NCBI GenBank assembly: GCA_039030515.1
Contig: JBCCEA010000006.1
Coordinates: 32,001 to 96,000, forward strand
Length of the DNA stretch: 64,000 bases
Direction: 5' to 3'
Source: Myxococcota bacterium
GTDB lineage: Bacteria; Myxococcota_A; Polyangia; Polyangiales; Houyiibacteriaceae
In this document: piece by piece, positions 47,061 to 56,936 of the stretch
Position numbering within the stretch: the stretch's first letter is position 1
Layout of the letters: each line of letters starts with the position of its first letter
The notes under the pieces: model-generated
Seen by the model: the letters and a program-made list of their open reading frames with translations, nothing else
What the model was told of the DNA's origin: nothing
The model's database searches: none
Program-made: the position numbers and the translations under genes

Positions 47061-48824
47061 TTAGGCGCCCTTCTCGGCGGGTCGATTCCTCTGTATCGGG
47101 AATGCTTTTCTATAATTATTGTACCATTTGTTTACGGACGAAGACAGAAGAGAACGGCGCTTTGAATGTTCTGAATCGCTGAGCATACTTCCAATATGGT
47201 TCCTAATCATACAGTCAACACTGTCGTCTATAGAGCAGCGCAGTAGGTCTTCTAAATGCAGGCGGAAGGCGAGAAGCGCTAGACTCCCATCATCTTCTTC
47301 AAACCTCCAGCGTCGATATCTGCTTACTCTTTTCATCACGCACAGAGCGATCTTCAATTGCTCTCGCGGCAGGGTTTTTTCTTCCTTACTGAGGCCTTCA
47401 CGTCCATACAGATATGCGGCCGCACTCCTGACGTAGTGTTCGGGTAGTGGAAATTGGGGCGGACTCGCAAAAAACATTAAAGCTTTGAGCACTCCTAGAG
47501 TGATTTTTACGGGCATAGCCGCTATAGCGTCGCGTGTTGGTAGTTCGTCCGCCGAGGGAGCGGCCACAGCGGTAGAGGCGAGGTCAACGGGGTGCGGCAC
47601 TTGGCCTGGCCGGACGGTCGCTGGAATCGGTGCATTGGCGGGCGAACGTGGTGTAAGCACTCCAGCGGAGAAGGCAGGAGTAAAAAAACCTCCATAAGGT
47701 GGGCCGGGCAAGGGCGCTTGAGGGACGTATGCCGGAGTCAGTGGAGGTGCCGGTTGCAAATAGCCCGGGAAAGAGACGTGGCGATGAGATTTTTGCAGTT
47801 TTTGTACTAACGCAACTACAAAGCCGTCTCGTTGGATCTTGGTTCGCGAACTAGCAGGTATTGAGTTCATAGAGCGTTCAATGCATTCGCGAATATCTTG
47901 TTCTCCCCAATCTTGATGCATGTCGAGCAGTGTTTTTACATAGAAACAGAGCGTGAGCATTTCTGTGAGCATTTCTGTATCAGAATGATATCGCCATAAA
48001 ATATGGCGTCGCCACTCTTTTGAAGTGACTATATGCCACACCTCTTCCACGCATCTTTCGGCAATAGTGCAGCTCTCATTCCTCAACTGGGTATGAATAA
48101 AGTTTATTTCAGATGGTTGACGGCCTGGGTTTTGATGGTCTGTCAAATAAGGACTGCGCAATTGTAACGCGAGCTCAAATGCGCGCATCACGTCCCCTGC
48201 GTCCGGGAGCGATGCTTGCTCTCTCGTATAAAACCAGTGAGCGGTCCTAGTTGAAGTGCCCCGACGAGAACGCTTTGGATAGGGTCCCATGTCCGGGAGT
48301 GTAGACGGAGGCGGTATTGGCGTGGACTGTGCAAGTGTGTTTAGTCGTCCTACGTTTTTGATTATATCGAGATGATCGCGATATATCTGTCTCGCAATCC
48401 GGATATGTTCTTCGTTTAGGCATGATAAATTCTCGACTTGTCGCCCATCACGATTAAGGTCCGGATAATACTTTAGTATGTTGAGAACATCCAAATCGCT
48501 CTGTGTTGCATCCATCTCGAAATGATCACAAGCGCGCAGGAATATCAGGGTGTTCGTTAGAAACTGATCGTTCGACTCCAGTAGTAATTTACTCGTGTAC
48601 TGATCGTCGAGATGCGTAAAGGCGCTGACTACCATTCTATCGATCTGTGATCGATTGAGCTCGCGCATCTGAGGATTTTGATGAATCAGATACGAGCGTA
48701 TCTCTTGGGTTAGCGCGTGGTGAGTTAAGTATCCGTATTCCCAATATTGCTTGCAGGCCAAATACGCTTTTCTGAGCGTCTCTTTTGACACATAAGGAGG
48801 CAGATATGGGGGTGGCTGGAACAT
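47061..48824 (-). CDS. ORFan, 587 aa, with one C-terminal copy of the same unrecognised domain
   Basis: MPVKITLGVLKAL...GLSKEEKT...LAFRLHLEDLL...VNKWYNNY; Pro-rich linkers. Confidence 0.7.
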   Translation of the reverse strand: MFQPPPYLPPYVSKETLRKAYLACKQYWEYGYLTHHALTQEIRSYLIHQNPQMRELNRSQIDRMVVSAFTHLDDQYTSKLLLESNDQFLTNTLIFLRACDHFEMDATQSDLDVLNILKYYPDLNRDGRQVENLSCLNEEHIRIARQIYRDHLDIIKNVGRLNTLAQSTPIPPPSTLPDMGPYPKRSRRGTSTRTAHWFYTREQASLPDAGDVMRAFELALQLRSPYLTDHQNPGRQPSEINFIHTQLRNESCTIAERCVEEVWHIVTSKEWRRHILWRYHSDTEMLTEMLTLCFYVKTLLDMHQDWGEQDIRECIERSMNSIPASSRTKIQRDGFVVALVQKLQKSHRHVSFPGYLQPAPPLTPAYVPQAPLPGPPYGGFFTPAFSAGVLTPRSPANAPIPATVRPGQVPHPVDLASTAVAAPSADELPTRDAIAAMPVKITLGVLKALMFFASPPQFPLPEHYVRSAAAYLYGREGLSKEEKTLPREQLKIALCVMKRVSRYRRWRFEEDDGSLALLAFRLHLEDLLRCSIDDSVDCMIRNHIGSMLSDSEHSKRRSLLSSSVNKWYNNYRKAFPIQRNRPAEKGA

Positions 48825-48985
48825 GTTTAGGACACTGATGTAGAAGGGGTGGCCGTCAATCTTCGGACTGCTGGCTCGGATTGGAGGCTTTCGGCCCCGC
48901 GCTCGTTTGAGACGCGTGGTTTAACAGCGTTTCGACCTGGAGCTTTAGGGTCTCCCTGTCGATTCCATCGACCACGCCTGTTTGT

Positions 48986-50293
48986 TTAGAGCGCCCGCCT
49001 CGGTGGGTATGCGAGTGTCGCAACGAGCACTCCGGTAGCGATCGCCATGGCGACCATCAGCATGGAAAACGCCGTATTGACCGCACCAACGACATCACTT
49101 TCGAGTAAAGAGGATAGGGTAAGAAAGCCCATCGTGCCAGGAACCAAGATCAGGATGCCCGGGATCGAGACCACGACGGCCGGTCGATCTACCTTTCGCA
49201 CGTAGAAGTGGCTTAGAAGCGCCACGGTGAATCCTCCAAGCAAGGCGCCGATTTCCGGTCCAAGCGTAGGTCCCAAAGTTCGAACCGTTCCGATCGCCGT
49301 GAAGACCGCGATAAATACCCAAGGCACATCCTTGGGCCCGATTTTCAGGACGCATACAAACGCGAGACTCGCCAATATCGGCACCAATAGACCCCAGGCC
49401 TCAGCGGGCGGAGTCGACAGCAAGCCTGCTGCCTGAGGCATTTCGACAGCGAGGCGCTGGCCAAGCAAGGCTCCAAAGCCCATCTGCAAAAAGGTGACCG
49501 TGGCGCCCATGATCCGCGCTGTGCCGCTGAGCAGATTTCCGGTGGCAAGCTCGATGACGCCGTCGGTCAGACTCAGCCCGGGGAGCAGGATCACCAGCGC
49601 AGAAAGCAATAGGATCTCGGGGCGTACCGTGATGAGCGCTCCCGCGATCGCCGTCATCGTGCTGATGGCGAGGGCCGCGATCGCCGGGAGCAGTCGAGCG
49701 ATCACATCCGATCGAGCTGCGAGCAATGTGAGCGAGCCTACAAAAAGACCAAATCCTCCTCCAAGGCACATTTCGACCCACCCGCCACGAAGAAGCATAG
49801 AAAACGAAAGGGAAGCCATGCCGAAGCCGAATAGGGTGGATAGGGCACCGTATCGGGATCGTGTTCCTATCAATGTATCGATACGGAGGATGGCGGCGGC
49901 TGGGTCTAGAGACTGATGCTCCACCCGCTTCAGCACGGTGTGGATCGCTGCAAGTCGCTCCAGATCGATATCGACGGGCAGTGAGGGAACGACTCGAGTG
50001 CGAAACTCTCCATCGCGACCAAGCGTGATGAATGCGCCGGTCGGCACCGCAAAGACGACGATTTCAAAACCCAGAGCGATGGCTGCTCGCGAGGCTGCTT
50101 CTTGGACTCGATGCACAGGAACCCCGTGGGCCAAGAGCACCTGCACCAAGCGAAGCGCGAAGGCCAGCCCGTCATCGAGATCTGCGTGTCCGATGGGGAT
50201 CGATCTGGCGGCAGGCTCTCCTTTGCCGGGAGCGCGACGTCCTTTCTGCAGCGAACGCATGACGCCGCGAGCTTGTGAAAACCAAGAGTACAT
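48986..50293 (-). CDS. Threonine/serine exporter (ThrE family)
   Basis: HGVPVHRVQE, LLPGLSLTDGVIELATGNLLSGTAR, PGILILVPG; about 10 TM; likely start 50260. Confidence 0.88.
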   Translation of the reverse strand: MYSWFSQARGVMRSLQKGRRAPGKGEPAARSIPIGHADLDDGLAFALRLVQVLLAHGVPVHRVQEAASRAAIALGFEIVVFAVPTGAFITLGRDGEFRTRVVPSLPVDIDLERLAAIHTVLKRVEHQSLDPAAAILRIDTLIGTRSRYGALSTLFGFGMASLSFSMLLRGGWVEMCLGGGFGLFVGSLTLLAARSDVIARLLPAIAALAISTMTAIAGALITVRPEILLLSALVILLPGLSLTDGVIELATGNLLSGTARIMGATVTFLQMGFGALLGQRLAVEMPQAAGLLSTPPAEAWGLLVPILASLAFVCVLKIGPKDVPWVFIAVFTAIGTVRTLGPTLGPEIGALLGGFTVALLSHFYVRKVDRPAVVVSIPGILILVPGTMGFLTLSSLLESDVVGAVNTAFSMLMVAMAIATGVLVATLAYPPRRAL

Positions 50294-50493
50294 TTTTCGG
50301 CGCTACCACGGTGACCCTGTCTACTCCAGCCGCGGTTGCCGCCCACGCTTTTCATCCCTAGGCCCAGCTCGCCAACAGAATGCGCATGCGTGCTAGTCTG
50401 CCGCCCGATGACGTTCTTCCTTTGCCAGAACACGTTTCTTCAACCGTCGTGGAGAAAGCCCTAAGATCGCCCGTGGAGAAAACCCTAGGACCG

Positions 50494-52500
50494 ATGGAAA
50501 AGAACCTATCGAGAATACGCGCCGGTGCGGCGGTCTTGAATCAGACGCCTATGGACTGGCGCGGCAACGTGTCCAGAGCGTGTAAAGCAATAGGCATGGC
50601 GCGAAAGGCGGGAGTCAGCCTGCTCTGCCTACCTGAGCTTTGCCTCTCGGGCTACGGCTGTGAAGACATGTTTTTGAGCGGTTCCGTTGAGCGATATGCC
50701 TGGCAGGCTCTCGAGGAAGTCGCCCCGCATAGCGCGAACATGGTCGTTGCGGTCGGCCTTCCGGTGTCCTATCGGTCGCGCGTCTTCAACTGCGCAGCGC
50801 TCTTGGTGGACGGCCAAGTCGTAGGACTGGTGGCCAAGCAGTTCTTGGCGAGGGCAGGAATTCACTACGAACCCAGATGGTTTGCCGCGTGGCCCAAAGG
50901 CGAGGCGCACCACACTCAAAAGGGAGTGCCCATTGGCGACCTGGTTTTTGACGTGGGCAGTGTGCGAATCGGTTTTGAAATCTGTGAAGATGCTTGGGCA
51001 GCTCAAAGGCCCGGCCAAAGTTTGAGTCAGCATGGGCTCGACGTGCTTTTGAGTCCTAGCGCGAGTCATTTTTCTCTCGGAAAAAACGATATCCGGAAAA
51101 GAATTGTGCTCGAGGGCTCACGGGCATTCGGTAGCGGCTATATCTACAGCAACCTTTTAGGTAACGAGGCCGGGCGCGCCATCTATGATGGAGGGGCCAT
51201 GCTCGCTTGCGCTGGGGCGATGGTGGCGACGGGGCCTCGCTTTTCTTTCGAAGACGTCTGCCTCACCGATGCCGTGCTCGAACTCGGCGAAGCCCGCATG
51301 CTCCGCGCACAACGCGCTTGCTCAAGTCCAGAGGAGGCTCCGGCCTTGAGCATGTGCGTAAGAACTACCTTCGAGTGGCCCAGTATGCCTCCGGAGATAA
51401 GGAACGTGGAGGTGCCGGCGTGGGAAAAAGGTACTTGCGTGAAAGAGGAAGAATTCACGCGAGCCACCTGCCTCGGTCTCTTTGACTACCTGCGCAAAAG
51501 TCGATCGGGCGGATTTGTCGTTTCTCTCTCCGGAGGAGCAGACTCGGCTGCCTGTGCAGTGCTCGTGCGCCTGTGCATTGAAATGGCCGCAGCGGAACTT
51601 GGGATGGATGGAATCGCCCATAAACTCGCTCATATTCCGAACGTCAGGCAGGCGGGAAGTGTCGCAGAGCTTGTAAACGCTTTGCTTATTACCCTCTACC
51701 AGTCGACTGAACACAGTTCAGAAACCACTCGAAATGCAGCGTCTCAGGTCGCTGAGTCGATTTCAGCCAGCCATTCTGAACTCGATGTTTCCGAACTTGT
51801 TCGCGGTTACGTCACACGAATTGAACAAGCGCTACATACCGAACTCTCTTGGGCAGAACACGATATTGCTCTGCAGAATATCCAAGCTCGAGTTCGAGGT
51901 CCTAGCGCTTGGCTCATCGCAAACGTACGCGGTTTTTTGTTGCTCTCGACCAGCAATCGCTCCGAGTCCGCGGTCGGTTATGCGACGATGGACGGCGATA
52001 CCTGCGGTGGTCTCTCTCCCATTGCAGGCATCGATAAAGCGTTTCTCCAGCACTGGCTTAGATGGATGCAGAGTCAGGGCATGGACGGCTACTCAAAGTT
52101 TCCAGAACTCAAGTACGTCAACGACCAGGTGCCGACTGCGGAGCTACGTCCTCATGATTCAGCTCAGACCGATGAATCGGACCTCATGCCGTATCCGGTA
52201 CTCGATGCGATCGAGCGACACGCGATCGGCATGCGTCGCAGTCCGGCAGAGGTTATCGAATACGTACGCAACGAGTTTCCAGCCTACGAGCAGGACCTGC
52301 TTTTGCTATGGATTAAGAAGTTTTTCTCTCTCTGGGCGAAAAACCAATGGAAGCGAGAGAGATTCGCGCCGAGTTTTCATCTTGACGATAGAGATCTCGA
52401 TCCGAAAGCTTGGTGCCGATTTCCGATACTTAGCGGGGGATTTGAGGTCGAGCTTGAGCATTTGCAAAGTCACAAATCGCCGGCTCAAACCGAGGATTAA
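50494..52500 (+). CDS. nadE: Glutamine-dependent NAD+ synthetase
   Basis: Nitrilase domain PELCLSGYGCED, EICEDAW; SLSGGADS, ALQNIQARVR, GYATMDGD, PTAELRP. Confidence 0.95.
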   Translation: MEKNLSRIRAGAAVLNQTPMDWRGNVSRACKAIGMARKAGVSLLCLPELCLSGYGCEDMFLSGSVERYAWQALEEVAPHSANMVVAVGLPVSYRSRVFNCAALLVDGQVVGLVAKQFLARAGIHYEPRWFAAWPKGEAHHTQKGVPIGDLVFDVGSVRIGFEICEDAWAAQRPGQSLSQHGLDVLLSPSASHFSLGKNDIRKRIVLEGSRAFGSGYIYSNLLGNEAGRAIYDGGAMLACAGAMVATGPRFSFEDVCLTDAVLELGEARMLRAQRACSSPEEAPALSMCVRTTFEWPSMPPEIRNVEVPAWEKGTCVKEEEFTRATCLGLFDYLRKSRSGGFVVSLSGGADSAACAVLVRLCIEMAAAELGMDGIAHKLAHIPNVRQAGSVAELVNALLITLYQSTEHSSETTRNAASQVAESISASHSELDVSELVRGYVTRIEQALHTELSWAEHDIALQNIQARVRGPSAWLIANVRGFLLLSTSNRSESAVGYATMDGDTCGGLSPIAGIDKAFLQHWLRWMQSQGMDGYSKFPELKYVNDQVPTAELRPHDSAQTDESDLMPYPVLDAIERHAIGMRRSPAEVIEYVRNEFPAYEQDLLLLWIKKFFSLWAKNQWKRERFAPSFHLDDRDLDPKAWCRFPILSGGFEVELEHLQSHKSPAQTED

Positions 52501-52605
52501 TCTCGGCACATTTTGATTCGGCCCATCCCTAACTGCTCCGCTTCGCAAGAAGATCCGAGTCATGCGCAAATGGAGGTCAGCCGTTGCGACTATTGGATGC
52601 CCTCC

Positions 52606-52651
52606 TAGTCAGCGACGTCTCACCGGAGTAGTCAGCGACGTCTCACCGAAG
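52606..52651. repeat. 23-bp tandem duplication
   Basis: TAGTCAGCGACGTCTCACCG(G/A)AG x2. Confidence 0.9.
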
Positions 52652-52657
52652 CGTACC

Positions 52658-52963
52658 CTAATGCTGAAGTTGAGCGAGAGGTCCCTCGCTCGTGCACGTG
52701 CCAGCGCCGGCGCAAGAGGAAGCTTCCATCAAACAGAGGCGCTGCTCTGTTGTGAACTTTTCAGTGCAGGTGGTGCGACATCCCGGAGGCATTGCACCGC
52801 ATACCGAATTCATCTGGGCGCATGCCTGACTGCACTGAGCGTCGGCCTGCAGCATCTCTTGAAACGTATCGGCTTGTTCCTCATCGGATACACGCTCATG
52901 GGCGCCGCATGCTGTGATTAGAGTCGATATCGAAAATACTGTAAAAGTGAATATATAACGCAT
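52658..52963 (-). CDS. Small Cys-rich lipoprotein
   Basis: MRYIFTFTVFSISTLITAC lipobox; CxxxC pairs. Confidence 0.7.
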   Translation of the reverse strand: MRYIFTFTVFSISTLITACGAHERVSDEEQADTFQEMLQADAQCSQACAQMNSVCGAMPPGCRTTCTEKFTTEQRLCLMEASSCAGAGTCTSEGPLAQLQH

Positions 52964-53185
52964 AAGGTCTCTCGCTCGACTAAGTTGTATCTAAGTACGC
53001 AGTGTCCTTGAACGCAGTTCCCTCAAAAACATTGCGATGTGGGAGTAAGCAAGTCTTATACCGAGAATTGAGCCGAGCTCTCGATTCGCTTGCCCTGAAC
53101 TGGCGCCATATCGAGTCACTGCTATCGTCGCAGGCTTTGGGCCGATAGCGAATCCTCGCAGCCCTGTGGCAAAGAGAAGGGCACC

Positions 53186-53947
53186 ATGGAATCGGCGACC
53201 GCTTGGATGTATCTTCTGCTCGCCGGAGCTGGAGTCGCCGCGGGCTTTATCAACACCATAGCCGCCGGAGGTTCGATGCTGACGCTTCCAGTGTTGATGC
53301 TTCTGGGCATGCCCGCGGATGTGGCCAACGGTACCAACCGATTGAGCATCGCGACGCAGTCTGTTTCCGGTATTTTTGCCTTTCACCGCCGAGGAAAACT
53401 CGACCACCAGGCTGTACTGCCCGTCGTGATTCCCGTCGCCGTAGGCGCTCTGCTCGGCGCCGGCTTTGCTACCTTGGTCCCAGAACGTGTCCTAAAGCCG
53501 GCGCTGCTTGTGACGATGTTGGTCACCGCGTTCGTCATCGCGTGTTCGCCTCAATGGTCTGAAAGCGCCTCGCAGCGTGCACCCCTCGACGCTAGGAAGA
53601 GCCATCGGGCACATGCAGGTCTCTTTTTTGCGGGCCTTTACGGTGGATTCATCCAGGCTGGGGTCGGATTTATTCTGCTTTTCACGCTCGTAACCACGCT
53701 TGGCTACGATTTGCTGAGGGCCAACGCACTCAAGCTTGTATGTGCCCTTGCCCTTGGAGTGATCGCTGTAATCGTATTTGCAACTTCCGGTGATGTGGAG
53801 TGGATACCCGCTTCGGTTTTGGCGGTTTCAACGGTAGTGGGGTCTCAACTCGGCGTCCGATTTGCTCTTTCGGTTTCCCCAAAGGTAGTGCGATGGATCG
53901 TACTCGCCGCTATTTCGACCGTTTGTATTGCGGCGCTATTTAAGTAG
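53186..53947 (+). CDS. TauE/SafE (TSUP) family permease
   Basis: AGFINTIAAGGS, ANGTNR, GLYGGFIQAGVG, RANALK. Confidence 0.92.
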   Translation: MESATAWMYLLLAGAGVAAGFINTIAAGGSMLTLPVLMLLGMPADVANGTNRLSIATQSVSGIFAFHRRGKLDHQAVLPVVIPVAVGALLGAGFATLVPERVLKPALLVTMLVTAFVIACSPQWSESASQRAPLDARKSHRAHAGLFFAGLYGGFIQAGVGFILLFTLVTTLGYDLLRANALKLVCALALGVIAVIVFATSGDVEWIPASVLAVSTVVGSQLGVRFALSVSPKVVRWIVLAAISTVCIAALFK

Positions 53948-53980
53948 CCAGTCGTTTTACTAAGTAGCCAGTCGTTTTAG
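53941..53980. repeat. 20-bp tandem duplication including the stop codon
   Basis: TAAGTAGCCAGTCGTTTTA(C/G) x2. Confidence 0.9.
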
Positions 53981-54254
53981 TTAGGTAGTCACGCTCCAAG
54001 ATCGAGGTTCCAAAATAAAATATCGCGACTTTGATCCTCGGCCTTTTATTGTTTTTTACCAGAGGAGATGGCATCCGCAGACGCCATTGCCCGGGAACTT
54101 AAATCCCCACTGAAGATGCTTCAGCCTCACCAACGAAGCTTGCTGTGCCCCTCCGAGACTTCCCAGTCGGTCGATCTTCCTGAACGCGAAAGGTTTGATG
54201 CACGTGCACAGCTCTTGCAAAGGTGCATGACTCTTGCAGGAGTGTCTGTCGTCT

Positions 54255-55019
54255 ATGACTCGAATAATTACCTTAGCGACGGCACTGCTCGGATGCGTCG
54301 CATCGGGACTGCTCGGATGCGCTGCATCAGGTGCAAGCATCGATCTTCCCATCGAAACCGATGCGGGGTCGAATCAAACATGCAACGTCTCTCAGACAGC
54401 TTGTGGCGAAGAATGTGTCGACCTTCTAGCCAATCGATCTCACTGCGGTAGCTGTTTTCGATCTTGTGGTGCTGCACAGTTTTGTATCGATGGAAATTGT
54501 CTGGCTTCGTGTCCCTCGGGACAGACCGCCTGTGGCGGTCAATGCGCTCGACTGTTGGAAGATCCACTCAATTGCGGTGCATGCGGACGTCAGTGTGATG
54601 AAGGTTTGAGTTGCTCTGGTGGAACGTGCACCTGTGGAGCTGGAAGTCTGGTTTGTGGAAGTGCATGCACGGACATACTCTCCGACGCCTTGAACTGCGG
54701 TTCATGCGGCACGATTTGCGGCAGCGACGAGGAGTGCGCCGGAGGTGTCTGCGCATGCAGCGGATACGCTACAGAGGTGTCGTGTGTCGATGGTCGAGAC
54801 AACGACTGCGACGGTCTCATCGACTGCAATGACGACGACTGCGTTGGTGCGCTGCGCGTCTGCACTTCTGGCTGTGGTTTTGGGGTTCAGGAATGCAGAC
54901 AGACCAACGAGTGGAGTTCGTGCAGTGCGCGACCCTCTGCGGAAAGCGCCACCGAATGTGAAGATGGCATCGATCAGAACTGCGACGGTGTCGACCTAGC
55001 ATGTGCGGACGAGCCGTGA
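54255..55019 (+). CDS. Myxobacterial-type Cys-rich repeat lipoprotein
   Basis: LLGC lipobox; C..CVDL..D..NCG.CG..C repeats; C.DG.DNDCDG..DC motifs. Confidence 0.85.
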   Translation: MTRIITLATALLGCVASGLLGCAASGASIDLPIETDAGSNQTCNVSQTACGEECVDLLANRSHCGSCFRSCGAAQFCIDGNCLASCPSGQTACGGQCARLLEDPLNCGACGRQCDEGLSCSGGTCTCGAGSLVCGSACTDILSDALNCGSCGTICGSDEECAGGVCACSGYATEVSCVDGRDNDCDGLIDCNDDDCVGALRVCTSGCGFGVQECRQTNEWSSCSARPSAESATECEDGIDQNCDGVDLACADEP

Positions 55020-55042
55020 TGGCGGTGCACGGCAGATACGTT

Positions 55043-55828
55043 CTAAAGTCCGTGCCCCTCGGCGAATGAATCACGTGCACGCTTCACAAGTTTCTGCACG
55101 CACGTTTGCGCATGCTCTGCGAGTTCGGTGCTGCGTCCGGCGACCTCAAGAGGCGTGCCTACTGCCGCAGAAACAGCCGCTTCGGGATCGGCTGCAACGC
55201 TCGACAAGTGCTCCAAGAAGGTCTTGTCCACGTAGGCGTTGTGTTCTTTATAGGCGATGCCCACCGGCATAATCTCGCAGTCGATTCCGCGAGCCGCCGC
55301 AAATACCCCAGGTTGGAACGGAAGCACTTCGTCTCCAAGCGAGGTTTTTCCCTCGGGAAACGCAACCACGGTACCTCCCTCACGTAGGCGGCGCCGGATC
55401 GCACGGATCGCGGAGGCTCCGCTATGGACGTCGTCCCGATCCACGAAAATCGTGTCGACGCTTCGTGCAGCCCAGCCCATCAAAGGCCACTGAGCCAGAT
55501 CCCCCCGACTCAAACACGCGCCTCCGAAGTACCCCAGAAGGATACCGATATCCACGGCGCTTTGGTGGTTCGCAACGACAAGGCGCCCTCGTTTGGACTT
55601 CGGCGCAGGAAGCGCAGGTTGGTATCGGGTTTGGATCCCCAGAACGCGCATCACTCGACTGACGTAGCGTTTCAAATGGACGTCCTTAAGCTCTGTCTGC
55701 AGCCGGTCCGGCGCTCGAGCCCTGGCTCTGTTCAAAAAATACACCGAAGCTACAGTGGACGCTAGGAACGCTGCGCTTCGAAATCCGACGCGTGCAACCC
55801 TCATCAGAGCCACGTTCATAGTCCGCAC
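55043..55828 (-). CDS. PlsC-family lysophospholipid acyltransferase
   Basis: NHQSAVD, IFVDR, FPEGKT. Confidence 0.88.
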   Translation of the reverse strand: MRTMNVALMRVARVGFRSAAFLASTVASVYFLNRARARAPDRLQTELKDVHLKRYVSRVMRVLGIQTRYQPALPAPKSKRGRLVVANHQSAVDIGILLGYFGGACLSRGDLAQWPLMGWAARSVDTIFVDRDDVHSGASAIRAIRRRLREGGTVVAFPEGKTSLGDEVLPFQPGVFAAARGIDCEIMPVGIAYKEHNAYVDKTFLEHLSSVAADPEAAVSAAVGTPLEVAGRSTELAEHAQTCVQKLVKRARDSFAEGHGL

Positions 55829-55939
55829 CCGATATTCATGCCAGCCCTAGCCAGACCGCGGCAAAGGAAACGAACGCCCCTAGTTTGATCGAAGGCTGAT
55901 CCAAATCAGATGCGCTATCGCGTCGCTAAAAGTCGACCT

Positions 55940-56305
55940 TCATTCGGGAAAGAAAACGACTCTTGCTACGCATGTCTCCTCCAAAGTGACCGACGACAGT
56001 TTCGCTGGAGCCGGGATTTGGATCCGCTCCGCGATAAAGCGAGCGATGTGCTCACTGGTCGGGTTCTCGAGTCCCTCCACCTCATTGAGGTAGCGATGGT
56101 CCAACATCGCGTGAAGGGGTTTGAATGCTTCATCGAGCTCTGCGAAATCCATGACCCAGCCGAACTCATCATCTACCGGACCGCGCACCCGAATGGTCAC
56201 GTAAAAGCTGTGTCCGTGCAGGCGCGCGCACTTGTGGCCCGGAGGAACATGAGGCAATCGATGGGCCGCCTCGAACCGAAAGCGGCGCTCGATCTCCGTG
56301 GGCAT
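55940..56305 (-). CDS. queD: 6-carboxytetrahydropterin synthase
   Basis: FEAAHRLP, CARLHGHS, LDHRYLN, NPTSE, EET. Confidence 0.95.
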   Translation of the reverse strand: MPTEIERRFRFEAAHRLPHVPPGHKCARLHGHSFYVTIRVRGPVDDEFGWVMDFAELDEAFKPLHAMLDHRYLNEVEGLENPTSEHIARFIAERIQIPAPAKLSSVTLEETCVARVVFFPE

Positions 56306-56379
56306 GGAAAGGGATGCATCGAAGGTTTCAGTCTGTCAATCTGCTGCCCGCCCTTATTCGGCGAGAGGATCGAACCTCG

Positions 56380-56859
56380 ATGGATGAAAAGACATCCGAA
56401 TTTTCGCAAGCGACGATGACCGAGATCGTGCTTCCCCAGCATGCCAATGCGCTCGGGACCGCGTTTGGTGGAACGGTGATGAGTTGGGTAGACGTGTGTG
56501 CGGCGGTTGTGGCGCAGCGTCATTGCGGTCGGATCGCGGTGACCGCCTCGATAGACCAGCTGGATTTCACCGCACCTCTCAGGATCGGGGATGTGGCCGT
56601 GATCGAAGGCCGGATCAACGCGGCGTTTCGGACCTCGCTTGAGATTGAGGTGCATGTGGACCGTGAGGATTCCCCGGACTGCAAACGGATTCGATGTGCA
56701 GATGCGTTGCTCACGTTCGTGAATGTGGACGACCGAGGCACGCCATGCCCGGTGCCCGAGCTTCGGATTGTCTCCGCCGAAGATCACACTCGCCTCGAAC
56801 AGGCCCGGGCCCGTAAACGGGATCGATTGGCACGCCGAAAGACTGAATCAGAGGCTTAG
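56380..56859 (+). CDS. Hotdog-fold acyl-CoA thioesterase
   Basis: VLPQHANALGTAFGGTVMSWVD, VTASID, RTSLEI. Confidence 0.9.
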   Translation: MDEKTSEFSQATMTEIVLPQHANALGTAFGGTVMSWVDVCAAVVAQRHCGRIAVTASIDQLDFTAPLRIGDVAVIEGRINAAFRTSLEIEVHVDREDSPDCKRIRCADALLTFVNVDDRGTPCPVPELRIVSAEDHTRLEQARARKRDRLARRKTESEA

Positions 56860-56936
56860 GCACGCCTTCTGGCTGATCCAAGGTGGGCGCACAACCCTTG
56901 CGTACCGTCGAACCCCATCGCATCGTCCGCTTCATC

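Noticed and set aside
43147..48824. Prophage, integron or IS island
   Set aside because: No integrase, transposase, phage genes, attC-like sites or tRNA target; the flanking repeat is explained by tandem duplication.
51734..52516. 260-aa alternative-frame ORF within nadE
   Set aside because: Fully overlaps a conserved gene and has no recognisable features.
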